This document shows, piece by piece, positions 37,209-51,715 of a stretch of DNA of 63,961 nucleotides. Numbering within the stretch: the stretch's first letter is position 1; each line of letters opens with the position of its first letter. The DNA is from Chiloscyllium plagiosum (Eukaryota), in the NCBI RefSeq assembly GCF_004010195.1, contig NC_057740.1, positions 6,902,999 through 6,966,959 on the forward strand. Direction: 5' to 3'. Position numbers and translations under genes: made by a program. The notes below the pieces were generated by a model, which was not told the DNA's origin, did not search any database, and worked only from the letters and a program-made list of their open reading frames with translations.

Positions 37209-37522
37209 CGGTGCAGTGGCTCAATGGTTAGCGCTGCTGCCTCACAGCACGAGGGACCCAGGTTTGATTCCAGCCTCAGGCGACTGTCTGTGTGGAGCTT
37301 GCATATTGCCCCCGTGTCTCCGCGGGCTTCCTGCGGGTGCTCTGGAATCCTCCCACAATCCAAAAGAAATGTGTCGGTCAGGTGAAATGGCCATGCTATA
37401 TTGCCCATGGTGTGATGTGCATTAGTCAGAGGGTAATGAGTCTGAGTGGGTTACTCTTCGGAGGGTCAGTGTGGACATGTTGGGCTGAAGGGACTGTTTT
37501 CACACTGTAAGGAATCTAATCT
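37209..37522 (+). mobile_element. HE1-like SINE
   Basis: Homologous to the other copies. Confidence 0.8.
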
Positions 37523-38624
37523 CACCTCACTCTGTTTATCTCTTCCAATACATTTTAATTCAATTCATTATTCTTCACCCTTTTCCACTGCCCCTTTGTG
37601 ATCTCCTGTGTAATAGTTTGTCAAAGGCTTTCTGGATCTCCCTGTACTCCAGTTCCCTGCAATGTCACCACCTCTCACCATATTTCATTCTGGAATCCGA
37701 GTTATACACATTTTGCTACAAACTCTTTGTGTGTGGTACCCGAATTTAAAACGACAGCTCATAAAGAAAAGCAAGTGGAAGAACAGTGAGTGATAAACAA
37801 AATCCCAAATCAGGCCTTTCACTGTATTAATGAAGTTAGAATTGTTCCCTGACCTGACAGCCTGACCCCACTGAGGTCAGACAGTGTATATCACTGACAC
37901 CCAGGTTAACCTTTGGTGTGCACCAGATGGGAAACATCTGTCCGACTCTTCAGATGAATCTCAAAGATGTGGTTTAAAGAACCTCAAAATGTTTGAAATT
38001 CTTTTCCTTTTCCAGCCAAGCCCACCTCATACAGGTAAAAACAATGACTGCAGATGCTGGAAACCAGATTCTGGATTAGTGGTGCTGGAAGAGCACAGCA
38101 GTTCAGGCAGCATCCGAGAAGCAGTAAAATCGAAGTTCGGGCAAAAACCTCATACAGTCACAGCTTCAGTACTGGAATTCTCTCAGCCATTAGGAAAGCT
38201 GGGAAGACTCTAGTGGGCTAATCCACTTCTTGACCACATTCACTATTCTTGAGGTTCTCAGAGTCACACAGCACAGAAAAGGCCCTTCAGACCATCGAGC
38301 CTGCACCAACAATAACCACCACTAAACGTACATTAATCCCAATTTCCCACACTTGTCCCGTGGTTGTCCGGGTGTGCAGGAGGTTGAGGGTAGTGAGGTC
38401 AAGGATAGATTTACAAGGTCGCGAGAGGGCACTGGTAATCAAGATGCTGGCTTGACAGGTGTGTACCTCAATGCCAGGAGAATCCAGAATAAGGTGAGTG
38501 AACTTGCAGCATGGATTGTTACCTGGGATTTGGATGTCGTCGCCATTTCAGAGATATGGCCAGAGGAGGGACAGGAATGGTTGTTGCAGCTTTTGGGATT
38601 TCGATGTTTCAGCAAGAACAGAGA

Positions 38625-38930
38625 TTAGATTAGATTCCCTACAGTGTGGAAACAGGCCCTTCGGCCCAACAGTCCACATCGACCCTACAAAGAGTAACCC
38701 ACCCAGACCCATTTCCCTTTGACTAATGCACCTAGCACTATAGGCAATTTAGCATGGCCAATTCACCTGACCTGCACATTTGTGGACTGTGGGAGGAAAC
38801 CGGAGCACCCGGAGGAAACCCACGCAGACAGGGGGAAAATGTGCAAACTCCACACAGACAGTCGCCCAAGGCTGGAATCGAACCTGGATCCCTGGCACTG
38901 TGAGGCAGCAGTGCTAACCACTGAGCCACT
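38625..38930 (-). mobile_element. HE1-like SINE
   Basis: Reverse-complement copy with ttaga tail. Confidence 0.85.
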
Positions 38931-39789
38931 GTGATGGTAAAGGTGGGGGCGGGGGGGGGGGGCGGCGGGGATTGGTGATTGGTGGGGAGGTGGTATGTGG
39001 GATTGCTAATCAAGGGCAGTATTACAGCAGCTGAGAGAACATTTGAGGATTCACCAATTGAGGTAGTTTGCGCTGAGGTTAGAAACAGGAAAGGAGAAGT
39101 CACCCTGTTGGGAGTTTTCTATAGGCCTCTGAATTGTTCCAGGGATGTAGAGGAAAAAATAGCAAAGATGATTCTCAATAGGAGCAAGAGTAATGGAGTA
39201 GTTGTCATGGGGGAATTTAACTTCCCAATATCAACCGGGAATACCATGGCTCAAGTAGTTTAGATGGGTCAGTTTTTGTTCAATGTGTGCTTATCTCAGG
39301 ATGAGGCATGAAGGCTCAGATAGGGGGCTTGAGAGTTATAAGTTAGCCAGCAAAGATCTAAAGAGAGGGCTAAGAAGAGCCAGGTGGGGACATGAGAAGT
39401 TGTTGGTGGATAGGAACAAGGAAAATCCTATGGCCTTCTAAAGGTACATCAGGAATAAAAGAATGACAAGAATAAGATTAGGGCCAATCAAAGATAGTAG
39501 TGGAAAGTTGTGTGTGGAATCTGAGGACATTGCAGAGGCGCTTAATGAATACCTTTTGTCAGTATTCACATTGGAAAAGGGCAATACTAGTAAGAATATG
39601 GAGATAAAAGCGACAAGATGAGGTAGACAAAGAGGAGGTGTTAGCAATTTTGAAAGATCTGAAAATAGATAAATTGGGATTTATCCTCGGATTCTATGAG
39701 AAGTCAGGTCGGAGATTGCAGAGTCTTTGCCTTCGATCTTTATGTCATCATTGTTGACAGGAGTAGTGCCATAAGACTGGAGGATAACA

Positions 39790-40630
39790 CACTGCATCCA
39801 CCTGGTCACCCCGCACTGGCCTATTACCTGTCCTTGACCTCTTCATTTCCAACTGCCGCCGGGACATTAACCGCCTCAACCTGTCTACCCCCCTCCCCCA
39901 CTCCAACCTCTCACCCTCACAACGCGCAGCCCTCCAATCCCTCTGCTCCAATCCCGACCTCACCATCAAGCCAGCAGATAAAGGGGGCGCAGTGGTAGTC
40001 TGGCGCACTGACCTCTACACCACTGAAGCCAAATGCCAACTCGAGGACACCTCTTCTTACCGCCCCCTCGATGATGACCCTATCCCCCATCACCAAACCA
40101 TCATCTCCCAGACCATACAGAACCTCATCACCTCAGGAGATCTCCCACCCGCAGCTTCCAACCTCATAGTCCCGGAAGCTCTTACTGCCCGGTTCTACCT
40201 CCTTCCCAAGATCCACAAGCTTGACCACCCTGGCTGACCCATTGTCTCAGCATGCTACTGCCCCACTGAACTCATTTCTACCTACCTCGACACTGTCCTA
40301 TCCCCCCCTAGTCCAGGAACTCCCCACATATGTTCAAGACACCACCCATGCCCTCCAAGACTTCCGTTTCCCCAGCCCCAAACGCCTCATCTTCACCATG
40401 GATATCCAATCCCTCTACACCTCCATCCGCCATGACCAGGGCCTCCAAGCCCTCCATTCGTTCCTCTCTCGACGTCCCCAACAGTACCCTTCCACCGACA
40501 CTCTCATTCGATTGGCTGAACTGGTCCTCACCCTTAACAATTTCTCCTTCGAATCCTCCCACTTCCTCTAGACCAAAGGGGTAGCCATGGGCACCCGTAT
40601 GGGGCCCAGCTATGCCTGTCTCTTTGTTGG
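39790..40630 (+). mobile_element. Penelope-like reverse transcriptase fragment
   Basis: IKPADKGGAVVV, FYLLPKIHK, TMDIQSLYTSI and KGVAMGTRMGPSYA motifs; frameshifted. Confidence 0.85.
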
Positions 40631-41554
40631 TTATAATGGCAGAAAGAACGTTTAATGAGGATTCGTTTACTGAGGTAGTATGGGCTGAGGTTAGAAAAAG
40701 GAAAGGAGAGGTCACCCTGTTGGGAGTTTTCTATTGGTCTCTGAAATGTTTCAGAGACGTTGAGGTAAGGATTGCAACAATAATTCTGAATAGGAGTGAA
40801 CGTAACAGGGTAAATGTTATGGAGGACTTTAACTTTCTAAATATTGACTGGAAACACTATAGTTTTAGTACTTTAGATGGGTCAGTTTTTGTTCAAAGTA
40901 TTCAGAAAGATTTCCTGACACAGTATGTACATAGGCCAACAAGAGGCAATGCCACATTGGTTTTGTTATTGGGTAATGAACCAGGCCAAGTATTAGATTT
41001 TGAAGTACGTGAGCACTTTGATGATAGTGATCACAATTCGGTTACGTTTGCTTTAGCGATGGAAAGTGATAGGTATATGCTGTAGGGCAAGAGTTATAGC
41101 TGAGGGAAAGGCAATTATGATATAATTAGGCAAGATTAAGGATGCATAGGATGTGGAAGGAAACTACAGGGGTTGGGCATAATTGAAATGTGGAGCTTGT
41201 TCAAGGAACAACTACTGCGTGTCCTTGATAAGTATGTATCTGTCAGACAGGAAGAAGTGGTCAAACAAGGGAGCCATGGTTTACTGATGAAGTTGAATCT
41301 CTTATGAAGAGGAAGAAGGAAGTTTATGTAAAGATGAGACCTGAAGACTCAGTTAGGGCACTTGAAACTTACAAATTAACCAAGAAAGACCTTAAGAGAG
41401 AGCTAAGAAGAGTGAGGAGGGGACAAGAGAAGTCTTTGGCAGGTCAGATCAAGGAAAACCCTAAAACGTTCCGTAGGTATGTCAGGAATAAAAAAAATGA
41501 CTAGAATAAGATTAGGGCCAGTCAAGGACAGTAGTGGGAAGTTGTGCGTGGGGA

Positions 41555-41820
41555 CCTATCCATTCCACCCTTCCCCCCGACCTATCACCTTCATCCCCCC
41601 CCCCCCTCACCTATTGTACTCTATGCTACTTTCTCCCCCCCCCCACCCTCCTCTCACTTATCTCTCCACCCTTCAGGCTTTCTGCCTGTATTCCTGATGA
41701 AGGGCTTTTGCCCGAAACATCGATTTTACTGCTCCTCGGATGCTGCCTGAACTGCTGTGCTCTTCCAGCACCACTAATCCAGAATCTGGTTTCCAGCATC
41801 TGCAGTCATTGTTTTTACCT
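41555..41820 (+). mobile_element. Penelope-like 3' terminal repeat with hammerhead motif
   Basis: C-rich tract, CTGATGA-AGGGC-TTTT-GCCC-GAAA; the same terminus recurs at 38030-38150 and 58140-58280. Confidence 0.7.
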
Positions 41821-42072
41821 GGAGGGTAGCAAACATTGTTCCCTTGTTTAAGAGGAGAGTCAGGCCAACCCTGGTAATTATAGGCCATGTAGCCTTCCTT
41901 TGGTTGTGGGTAAGGTGTTGGAAAAGGTTATAAGAGATAGGATTTACAATCATCTGGAAAGGAATAATTTGATTAGGGATAGTCAACACGGTTATTAAAG
42001 AGTAAGCCGTGCCTCATTAAGCTTATTGACTTCTTTGAGAAGGTGACAAAACAGGTGGATGAAGCACAATGA

Positions 42073-42350
42073 TACACTACACACGCACACACACACAAAC
42101 CTACACACACACACACACAAACACACACACTCACAGACACTCCTATAGACACACATACATACAGACACACCTACACACAGACACACACACACAGAGATTC
42201 ACACATACTCTTACAGACACACACACTCTCACATGCACCCTTTCACAGACTTAGACTACTTTACACTCACACACACATAAACACTCTCTCAGAGACTCTC
42301 AAACTCCCCCCTCAGACTCACAAACACACACTCCCACACTCACACATGCA
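42073..42350. repeat. Degenerate (CA)n microsatellite
   Basis: Visible dinucleotide repeat; continues at ~42835-42920. Confidence 0.9.
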
Positions 42351-42357
42351 TCCTCTC

Positions 42358-42812
42358 AATAGACAATAGACAATAGGTGCAGAAGTAGGCCATTCTGCCC
42401 GTCAAGCCTGCACCACCATTCAATATGATCATGGCGGATCATCCTCAATCAGTATCCTGTTCCTGCCTTATCTCAATAACCCTTGATTCCACTATCCTTG
42501 AGAGCTCTATCCAACTCTTTCTTAAACGAATGCAGAGACTGGGCCTCCACTGCCTTCTGGGGCAGAGCATTCCACACACCCACCACTCTCTGAGTGAAGA
42601 CATTTCTCCTCATCTCTGTCCTAAATGGCCTACCCCGTATTTTTAAGTTGTGTCCTCTGGTTCGGGACTCACCCATCAGCAGAAACATGTTTCCTGCCTC
42701 CAGAGTGTCCAATCCTTTAATAATCTTATACGTCTCAATCAGATCCCCTCTCAGTCTTCTAAACTCAAGGGTATACAGGCCAAGTCGCTCCAATCTTTCA
42801 ACATAAGATAGT
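42358..42812 (-). mobile_element. CR1-like LINE 3' end
   Basis: RRLRGDLIETYKI; acaatag-repeat tail. Confidence 0.8.
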
Positions 42813-42919
42813 TTCACAGACTTCGACCTCTTTACACACACACACACACAGACACACACACATATATACACACACACACATACACAAACACACATGCAAA
42901 AAAACCCACATACACATAT

Positions 42920-43430
42920 ACATTTGTGGGGTGAATTTGTACTTGCAGAGTTACATTGTACTTTGCTCAAAAACTGCATGAATCCATGTAAGACTCTGTT
43001 AACTCACTTTTTAGATTAGAATCAGCCTAAACATTTTGGTACAGACAGGGAACACAGGGGCTAACACCTTCAACATCTTAATAACTTATCTGGGCTGACA
43101 CCAATTGTTACAGTTAACTTGAGAATGTAACATTTTAAAAACATTTTGTGATTGACATATGAACGAAGTGAAACTATCATGGTCATTCTAACAGATGAGA
43201 GAACTGAACAAACAATCAAGGTATTTTTCAATGTATAATTTCAGTTACATCACACTGTAAACTTTGTCTATAAATTCTGTGTCTGACCATTATGTACCCC
43301 ACAACCACCTGATGAAGGAGCGGCACTCTGAAATCTAGTGCTTCCAAATAAACCTGTTGGACTATAACCTGGTGTTGTGTGATTGTTAACTTTGTACACC
43401 CCAGTCCAACATCGGCATCTCCAAATCATG
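42920..43430 (+). mobile_element. Penelope-like terminal repeat (second family)
   Basis: Follows a CA-rich tract; degenerate cctgatgaaggagcggcactctgaaa hammerhead-like core and AATAAA. Confidence 0.5.
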
Positions 43431-43579
43431 ACATTTTCCACCTTACACTTCAGTTGTATGAAACTGTGAAGCCCTCGGAAACTTGAATGTTTAACAAAGC
43501 ACATTCCGTCCTCAGCTCTGACAGTGAGACTCCACCAAAGTCCTGGATAGATCCAGTGATCTCAACATGAACATCTGTG

Positions 43580-46500
43580 ATTCTCCATTTAACATAGAAA
43601 TGGTCGAAGAATTAAGCGTACACCTCGATTCTGTCTTCACACAAGAGGACACATAAAATCTTCTGGAAATGATAGTTGAACAACCGCTGCAGTGAGACAG
43701 TAGAATTGAGAGAAATCACTATTAGTATGAAAATCATGCTGGAGGTTTATTGGTTTTAATGTTTGAAAGGTCCCCAGAGCCTATAATCTACATCCCAGAG
43801 TGAGAAAGAAGTGGCCCCCAAAAACAGTGGATACACTGGTGATCATCTTACAAAATCCTCTGGTCTCTCAAACTGTTTCTGCAGATTGTACAGTGGCAAA
43901 TGTAACCCCACTATTTAAAAAGGGAGGGAGATGGTGAATAAAACAGTGAATTACAGACCAATTAATCTAATGCCAGTTAGGGGAAAAATGCGAGAGCCGA
44001 TTATAAAAGAACATTTGTAAAACATTGGTGCAATTGAACAAGGCCAACATGGGTTTAGGAAAGTGAAATCATGCTTAAGCATGCTGATGGAGTTTTTTGA
44101 AGATGACTCCAATTGAGTAGATAAGGGAGAACCAGTGGATGTGGTGCATTTGAACTATCAGACAGCTTTTGATACAATCCCTAGTGTGCATAATGAAAGG
44201 AGATGGGAGAAGAAATCATATATCAGCATGGTTCAGGAATTGGTTGAGAGACAGAAACAGAGAGTGGGAATAAATGTTTTCCGAGTGTCGGGAAGTGACT
44301 AGTGGAATACTGCAAGGATTTGTACTGGCGTCCCAGCTATTTGCGATATATAAAATTGACCTGGATAACGAAACCAACCACAATATTACCGAAACTGCTG
44401 ACAACTCAAAACAGAGCAGGATTGTGAATTGTGAAGGAGGATGCAAGGAGGCTTCAAAGTAATTTACTCAACTTGAGTGAGTGGGGAAACACATGGCAGG
44501 GATATTACCTTGGAGCGAAATGTGAAGTTGTAAACTTTGGTGTGAAAATCAGAAAGGAAGAGATTTATGTAAATGGTAATATATTAGCAAGTGTGAATAG
44601 AGAGGGGGATCTGGGTGTCCACGCACCCCAGTCAATGAAAGTAAATAATCAAGATTACAGTTCTGGAAATGTACAGCAGGTCAGGCAGCATCCGAGCAGC
44701 AGGAAAATCGACGTTTCAGGCAGGAGCCCTTCATCCGGAATCCTGTTCCTCGGATGCTGTCTGACCTGCTGTGCTTTTCCAGCACCACTCTAATCTTGAC
44801 TCTAATCTCCAGCATCTGCAGTTCCCACTTTTGCCTAATGAAAGTAAACAGGCAGGCGCAGCAAGCAATCAGATTGGCAAATTGTATTTTGCTTTCATTG
44901 CAAGAGGATTGGAGTTCAGAAGTAGGGCTGATGTACCGCAGTTACACAGGGACTTGGTAAGACCATATGAGTGCAGTTTAGGTCTCTCCATTGAAGAAAG
45001 CATAGACTTGTTTCAGACAGAGTGCAGCGGAGGTTTACTGGGCTGGGGCTGGGGGTGGTGGGACTGTCCTATCAAGATCAATTAATTCGGCTGGGCCTGC
45101 ATTTGGCACCATGACTGGCTTTGCTGTAAAGCAGGGTTTGGCAAAGTCAAAGTGAGCACCAGGAGCACAGACGGGCATTTCTGTGGTCACTAGGAAGATT
45201 TCAGGATGGTGTGTTGCCTCCTGGTGACAGGGTCAAAGACAGTTTCGAGGAGTTGCAGCAAATTGTCAAAGGGCAGCATGAGGTCATTGTACACATTGGT
45301 ACGAACAACACAGGTAGGAAAGGGGATGAGGTCCTGCAGAGTCAACATAGGGAGTTCAGCAGAAAGCAGGACCTGAAGGGTAGGAATCTCTGAATTAGTC
45401 CCAGTGCCACGTGTTAGTGAGGCAAGGAATAAAAGGATCAGGCAGATGTAGCTGTGGCTGAGGAGCTGGAGCAGGGGACAGGGATACAGATTTTTGGATC
45501 ATTGGGATCTCTACTGGGGCAGATGTGACCTATTCGGAGGGACAGGTTGCACCTGAACTGGAGGGGGATGGGAAGTTTTGCTCGAGCTACATGGGAGTGT
45601 TTAAACTAGTCTGGAGAGGGGGGTGAGGCAGATGCTAAGCAGTAGTGAGACAAGAGAGAAGATGGAGACTGGTCCAGATGTTAGAGAGAGCAAGTTAAAT
45701 AAACAAGGCAGACAAGAGCAGGGCAGAGAACAAGGGAAGACTGATGAACTATACAGCATTTACTTCAATGCAAGAAGCCTGTCAGTAACTCAGGGATAGA
45801 GGGGAACATGGGACTGGCATAGTATAGCTACTACAGAATCACGACTGAGGGAGGGACAGGACTGGCAGCTAAATGTCCTGGCATACAGATGGTACAGGAA
45901 GGATAGAAGGGTAAGCAAGAGAGGAGGGGGATTGGCATTTTTAATTAAAGAAAACATCACAGCAGTGCCCAGAGAGGATATTCTTGAAGGATTGTCCAGT
46001 AAAGCTGTATGGGTGGATCTGAGAAATAAAAAGGGATTATCACTTTGATAGAGCTTTACTATAACACCCCCTCCGTACCCTCACCTCCACCCCACCAACA
46101 CCCACCCCACCCAACCCAACTAATAGTCAGCAGGAAATAGAGCAGCAAGTATTTAGGGAGATGGTACATAGCTGCAAGAATCTAGGAGTCGTAATAATAG
46201 TGGATTTTAACTTTCCAAACATAGATTGGGACAGTCATAGTGATAAGGGCTTGAATGGGGAGGGGTTTTGTGAGTGTATTCGAGAGTTGCTTGTCAATCA
46301 GTGAGCAGATTGAGCAGAGACAGGGCGAAACCTGAACTCCCCTTGGGAAATAAGGAAGGGCAAGTGACTGAGGTGTTCGTGGGGGATCACTTTGGGCCCG
46401 GTGACCTGAACTCAATTTGTTTTAAAATTGTTATGGAACAGAAAAAGCCTGGTCCACAAATTAAAATTCTAAACTGGGACAAGGATAATTTTGATGCAAT

Positions 46501-47005
46501 TAGACAGGAAGTTCCAAAAGTTGATTGGGGCTCTAATCAAGACAAAAGAAGCATATGTCAGGGACAGACAGCTGGGATCAAGAGAATCCTTTGTGGAGCA
46601 TAGCAGGTGCAGGCGTACACTAAAGAGGGAGATCAGCATGGCATATAAGGTCAAGGAGAGTCTGAAGAGATTCAGCATGTGTATTAAGAACATAAGAATA
46701 ATCAGGGAGATAATAAAGCCCCTTGGAAACCAACAAGGCCATCTATACAGGAGATCGGTGAGATCCTAAAAGAGTACTTCACATCAGTATTTCCTGTGGA
46801 GAAAGACATGGAAGCTCAGGAACACAGGGAAATCGATAGTAATGTCTTGAAAATAATTCACATTACAGAGGATGCAATGCTGGAGGTCGTAAAATGCATA
46901 AAGGTAGATAAATCTCTTGGGCCCGATCAAGTGTATCCAAGGACAAAGTGGGACGCTAGGGAAAAAAATTCAGGGGCCCTAGCAGAGATATTTGTATCAC
47001 TGATT
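43580..47005 (+). mobile_element. Degenerate CR1-like LINE fragments
   Basis: RT, ORF1-like and endonuclease remnants. Confidence 0.7.
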
Positions 47006-48094
47006 AAAGATATTCCAGGCTGAGTTAAACAGATTTTTGAAAGCCATGAAGTCAAGGCTAGAATTATGAGGAATGGGCAGGAGAATGGAGTTAAGGTCTT
47101 AATCATAACAGCCATGATCTTAATGCAGAGTAGAGCTGACTCAAAGTCCATTTAGAGTCCGACAATCATAGAGGGTGCAACATGGAAACAGACCCTTCAG
47201 TCCAACTCCTCCATACTGACCAGATATCCTAAATGAATCTTGTCCCATTAGCCAGCACTTGGCCTACATCCATCTAAACCCTTCCTATTCATTTCCCTTC
47301 CAGATGCCTTTTAAATGTTGGAATTGTACCAGCCTTCACCACTTCTTCTGGCAGCTCATTCCATACACCCATTGCATGAAAATGTTGCCTCTTTAAATCA
47401 TTACCCTCTCACCTTCAACCTGTGCCCTCGAGTTCTGGACTCACCCAACCCAGAGAAAATACCATGTCTATTTACCCTATCCATGCCTCTCATGATTTCA
47501 TAAACATTTATAATGACTGCTCCAAGGAAAACAGCCCCTATTCAGCCTTTCTTATATTATTACCATTTCTGTTGATGTGAGCAGCCTGACCTGTACTGGC
47601 TTAGTAGCCTGATAATGTTGTATTTGAAAGTGATGTAGTTCAATCTGAAGGAAGAATGTTAAATTGTAATAAACAAAATTATGGCGGTATCAGGCACACA
47701 TTTGCTGAGGTAAATTGTGAGAATACGTCAGAAGACATTGCTGTGCAGAGGCATTTATCTTTAACGAACCATGCTAAATGGGACAGATTTTGAATAGATC
47801 TACCAACCCAATACTAGGCACCCATAATGCATTGGGGGCCATCAGCAGCAACAGAATCATACTCCAATCTACAACTTCATATCCCAGCTTATCCCCCCAC
47901 TGTTGTAATACCATCAGACCAGACATTTAACCCTGGCTCAATGAAAAGTACAGGAGGGCATGCTAGGAGCAACACAAGACACATTTAAAAAATCAGGTGT
48001 CAACCTGGTGAAGCTACAAAGCAGGATGACTGTCTAGAGCGAGCGATGGCCTAGTGCACACTTAATTGTCCTCAAGAACATAGAATGATACAGT

Positions 48095-48402
48095 ACGGCA
48101 CGGTGGTACAGTGGTTAGCACTGCTGCCTCACAGCGCCAGAGACCCGGGTTCAATTCCCGCCTCAGGCGACTGACTGTGTGGAGTTTGCACATTCTCCCT
48201 GTGTCTGCATGGGTTTCCTCCGGGTGCTCCGGTTTCCTCCCACAGTCCAAAGATGTGCAGGTCAGGTGAATTGGCCATGCTAAATTGCCCGTAGTGTTAG
48301 GTAATGGGTGAATGTAGGGGTATGGGTGGGTTGCGCTTCGGCGGGGCGGTGTGGACTTGTTGGGCCGAAGGGCCTGTTTCCACACTGTAATCTAATCTAA
48401 TC
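48095..48402 (+). mobile_element. HE1-like SINE
   Basis: Full length, tctaa tail. Confidence 0.88.
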
Positions 48403-48703
48403 AGTACAGGAACAGGCTCTTCGACCCATCATGACCGTGCTGACCATGATGCCATTCTAAACTAATTTCTTCAGCAAACACATCGTCCCTATCCCTCTCT
48501 TCTGTGTTTGTCCATGTCTGCCTAAATGCCACTATTCTATCTGAACTATCTCCACAGTGAACAGTATCCCATCACTAAATCTCCCTTATTTACACATAAA
48601 CAGTCCTTGACACCTCAGAAGAGCATCCAACAAGACCCACTCTCCCTACCCTATCACACTGCATTTGCCACAGATAATCCACCAGGCCTGCACGTCGCCT
48701 GGA

Positions 48704-48885
48704 CACTGTAAGCAATTTAGCATGTCCAATCCACCTAACCTGCACATCTTTGGATTGTGGGAGAAAACAGGAACGCATCGATGAAACCCACACAGACACA
48801 GGGAAGATATGCAAGTGTTGGAACTGAACCCAGATCCCTGACACTAGGAGGCAGCAGTGCTCACCAGTGATCCACTGTGCCACTC
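48704..48885 (-). mobile_element. Degenerate HE1-like SINE
   Basis: Partial homology to the other copies. Confidence 0.65.
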
Positions 48886-51377
48886 TGTGATGGAAGGTAA
48901 CAGTGGCCACTTGCAGACAGGGTTTCATGCTCCACTTCACTCAACAACTCACACCATTGTCCCAAATATCTCACTGCAGCTCATGTTGTTCAGGGCATGG
49001 AAAGATTTCATCCACTGACTCTCTGAAGGGACCAACACATGAATTTCCACAACATAATTTTTCAATTTATTTCAAGATATATGCACACTCTGTTGAAATT
49101 TATTATTTGGTCTGTTTGCACCACTATTTCAGACTGTGTGTTCTGTGTAAGATCTTAGGAACATAAGATACAGGAGCAAAGAAATCTCGAGCATACCCTG
49201 CCTTTCATCAGATCATGGTTTAACTGATAATGGCAAATGGAACTGGGTCAGACTGGAAGAGTAGGACTGAAGGGTCCATTTCTGTGCTGTATGACTCAAT
49301 GACTGTATGGCCCGAACACCACTTTCCTGTCTCTACCCCATATTATTTGACTTTACTGTAGATCTGTACATCGCAGCCTCAAACATATTCAAAGCCTCAG
49401 CCTCCACTACATTCTGGCAAAGAAACTTTTTTAAGAGCTTAATCCTTTGAGGAAACAAATTCCTCCTTCTCTCCTCCATCTTAAATGGCTGACCCTTGAT
49501 TTTTCTATTCATTCTCAGGATGTGGGTGTTATTTTCTCAATCAGCATTTACTGCCCATTGCTAATTGCCCTGACAGTGAGCTGTCCTCTTGACTTGCTGC
49601 AGTCTTTCAGGTGTACAAACCCACAGAGCTGTTAGGAAGGCACTTCCATGATTTTCACCCAGTGACAATATAGTAATGGTAATTTAGTTCCAAGGCTGGA
49701 TGGTACAGGTTTGAAGGGGGAATTGGCAGGTGGGAGTGTCCCCATATACTGCTGTCTTTGTACATTGAGATGGAAGGTGATATCAAACAATGAGTTACTT
49801 ATAGATGACATAAAGGACTTCAGTAATTTCTCTTCTATTTTATTGAAAAAAGGGCAAACATCTGGCTTTGTACCTTCAGTCAGACAATGTCTGGGCCATG
49901 AAATCAAAACATGGATGATTGGAGAAACTCAGGCTTCAACCAAAATGTGGTTTCGATGAAAACTAGAGATCCCTCCTCCTGTGTCCAATCTGAAATGTGT
50001 CTTACAGTCATGATCATTATATCACCAGCCTATAATTACCCTTTGGGTTATTATACATTCTATAAAACAATAGTTTGTTTTCACAATTATTCATTTGTGC
50101 GTTAGAAGCTGTCATTGAAGATCTGGACCCCCGGGTGTGGGGTCTCTCTGTTCCGCGATCGGTCAATAAACACTAGCAATCAGTCTAATTATTTAAGACT
50201 TCACACTTTATTACTCACGGCTAAGCACAGATCATCCAAAAACACAGAGGTTAAACACTTTGTGTTCCTCAGAGGATTTGCGCACATGGCTTAAAACAAA
50301 GACCGTTTTATTCTTTTCTAAAAGAAAGGTACAGCTCATAATTGTATAAAGTTACCAATTAATTAACGGAATGGTTTTATTGACAGCAACTCAACCCAAT
50401 GATATTTCCTGGGAACCAACATTGTTTTCCAAAACTTAAGCCATTCTTATCTCATGAACCGAGCTTTTGCATCTGCACATCCGAAGGCCAGTTAGGATGG
50501 CCAGTAGTGTTTTATCTAGTTGAATTATTTCTATGCTGTAATGGAAGCATTGTCTGCTAATCTTCATTGAGACAGATTGTAGTCAAGTCAATTATGCAGC
50601 TTTCACAGGGTTAAAAGCCATTTTATGCAGCTTTAAGCAGAATTGTCAATTTGCAGCCTAGAAGCCATTTTGTTGTGTTATGTGCATTAAGAAGCCATTT
50701 TATTTCCACCTAAGTTAGTAAGAGTCTGTATTAAGTGGTTGTTCCTTACAACAACTAGTTCCCTCAGCCTGTATTCAGGTTTCAGATCCTCATCAGCATC
50801 AGCCATGTGTTGTAATTGTTCGAGTTGGAGCTGAAAGCTAACTGCTTGGATAAGTTCCCTCTAGTGGCAGGCAGTGGCACTGTGCCTCAATGGCTGGATG
50901 GATGAGGTGGCATTGTGCTGTTTTCCTGTCACAGTGGAGACATTGATTAAAGGAAATGATTGCGCCTTCCAGGTCTGCTTTGTTATCGGTGTTTTGAGTG
51001 ACCTCACATCATCATGTTTAACTTGTGTTTGAAAGAGAGAAATGTCAAAGGAATAAAGTATTGCTGCAAAGACCTGGACATACACGTCAAGCTGTTCCCT
51101 GTCTGTGAGAGACTTCCACTGAAATAGGAAAATCAGTTAAAGATTTCAGTGACCTCTATTTTTAACAGCTTATATTCATCAAACTGCTTATGTCCTCGTA
51201 AATATGTTCAAATGGGCAGTGCAAGCCCGGTGGCATTTCACTTTCCCTCCTTTATTAGACTCAACTTGAATCCTCAGTAAAGTATCAATCATCCCAGAAC
51301 ATGCACTCCAGTTATTAACATGACATCTATAAACACCATCTGCCCCAGTTATAAACGGGCCATAGTTCATAGATGAA

Positions 51378-51715
51378 GTGATGGCTTAGTGTTGTTATTG
51401 CTGGACTGTTAATCTAGAAACACAGGGAATATTCTGGGGACTTGGGTTTAAATCCTGTCACAACAGATGGTGAAGTTTGAATTCAATAATAAAAAATCTA
51501 GAATGCAGATATTAATGAAGGCTACGAAACCATTGCTGGAAAGACCCATCTGGTTCATTAATGTCTGTCAGGGAAGGAAAGTGCTGTCCTTACCTGGCCG
51601 TGTCTGCATATGACTCCAGACCCATAGCAATGTGGTTTACCCTTAACTGCCCTCTGGGTAATTAGGAATGGGCAGTAAATGCTGGCCTAGTCAGTGATTC
51701 CCTCATCCCATGAAT
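51378..51715 (+). mobile_element. Older SINE family (related copies at ~1320-1915 and ~52170-52500)
   Basis: tRNA-like head; shared core gggaaggaaa..tgcc and tail aataaatgctggcctagccag. Confidence 0.55.

Larger units (their letters stand above)
38380..42065 (+). mobile_element. Fragmented CR1-like LINE(s) interrupted by SINE and Penelope pieces
   Basis: YLNARRIQNK, VFYRP and DSDHNSV endonuclease motifs, partly duplicated. Confidence 0.7.

Noticed and set aside
41973-42254. Cys/Val- and Thr/His-rich ORFs
   Set aside because: Translations of the (CA)n microsatellite
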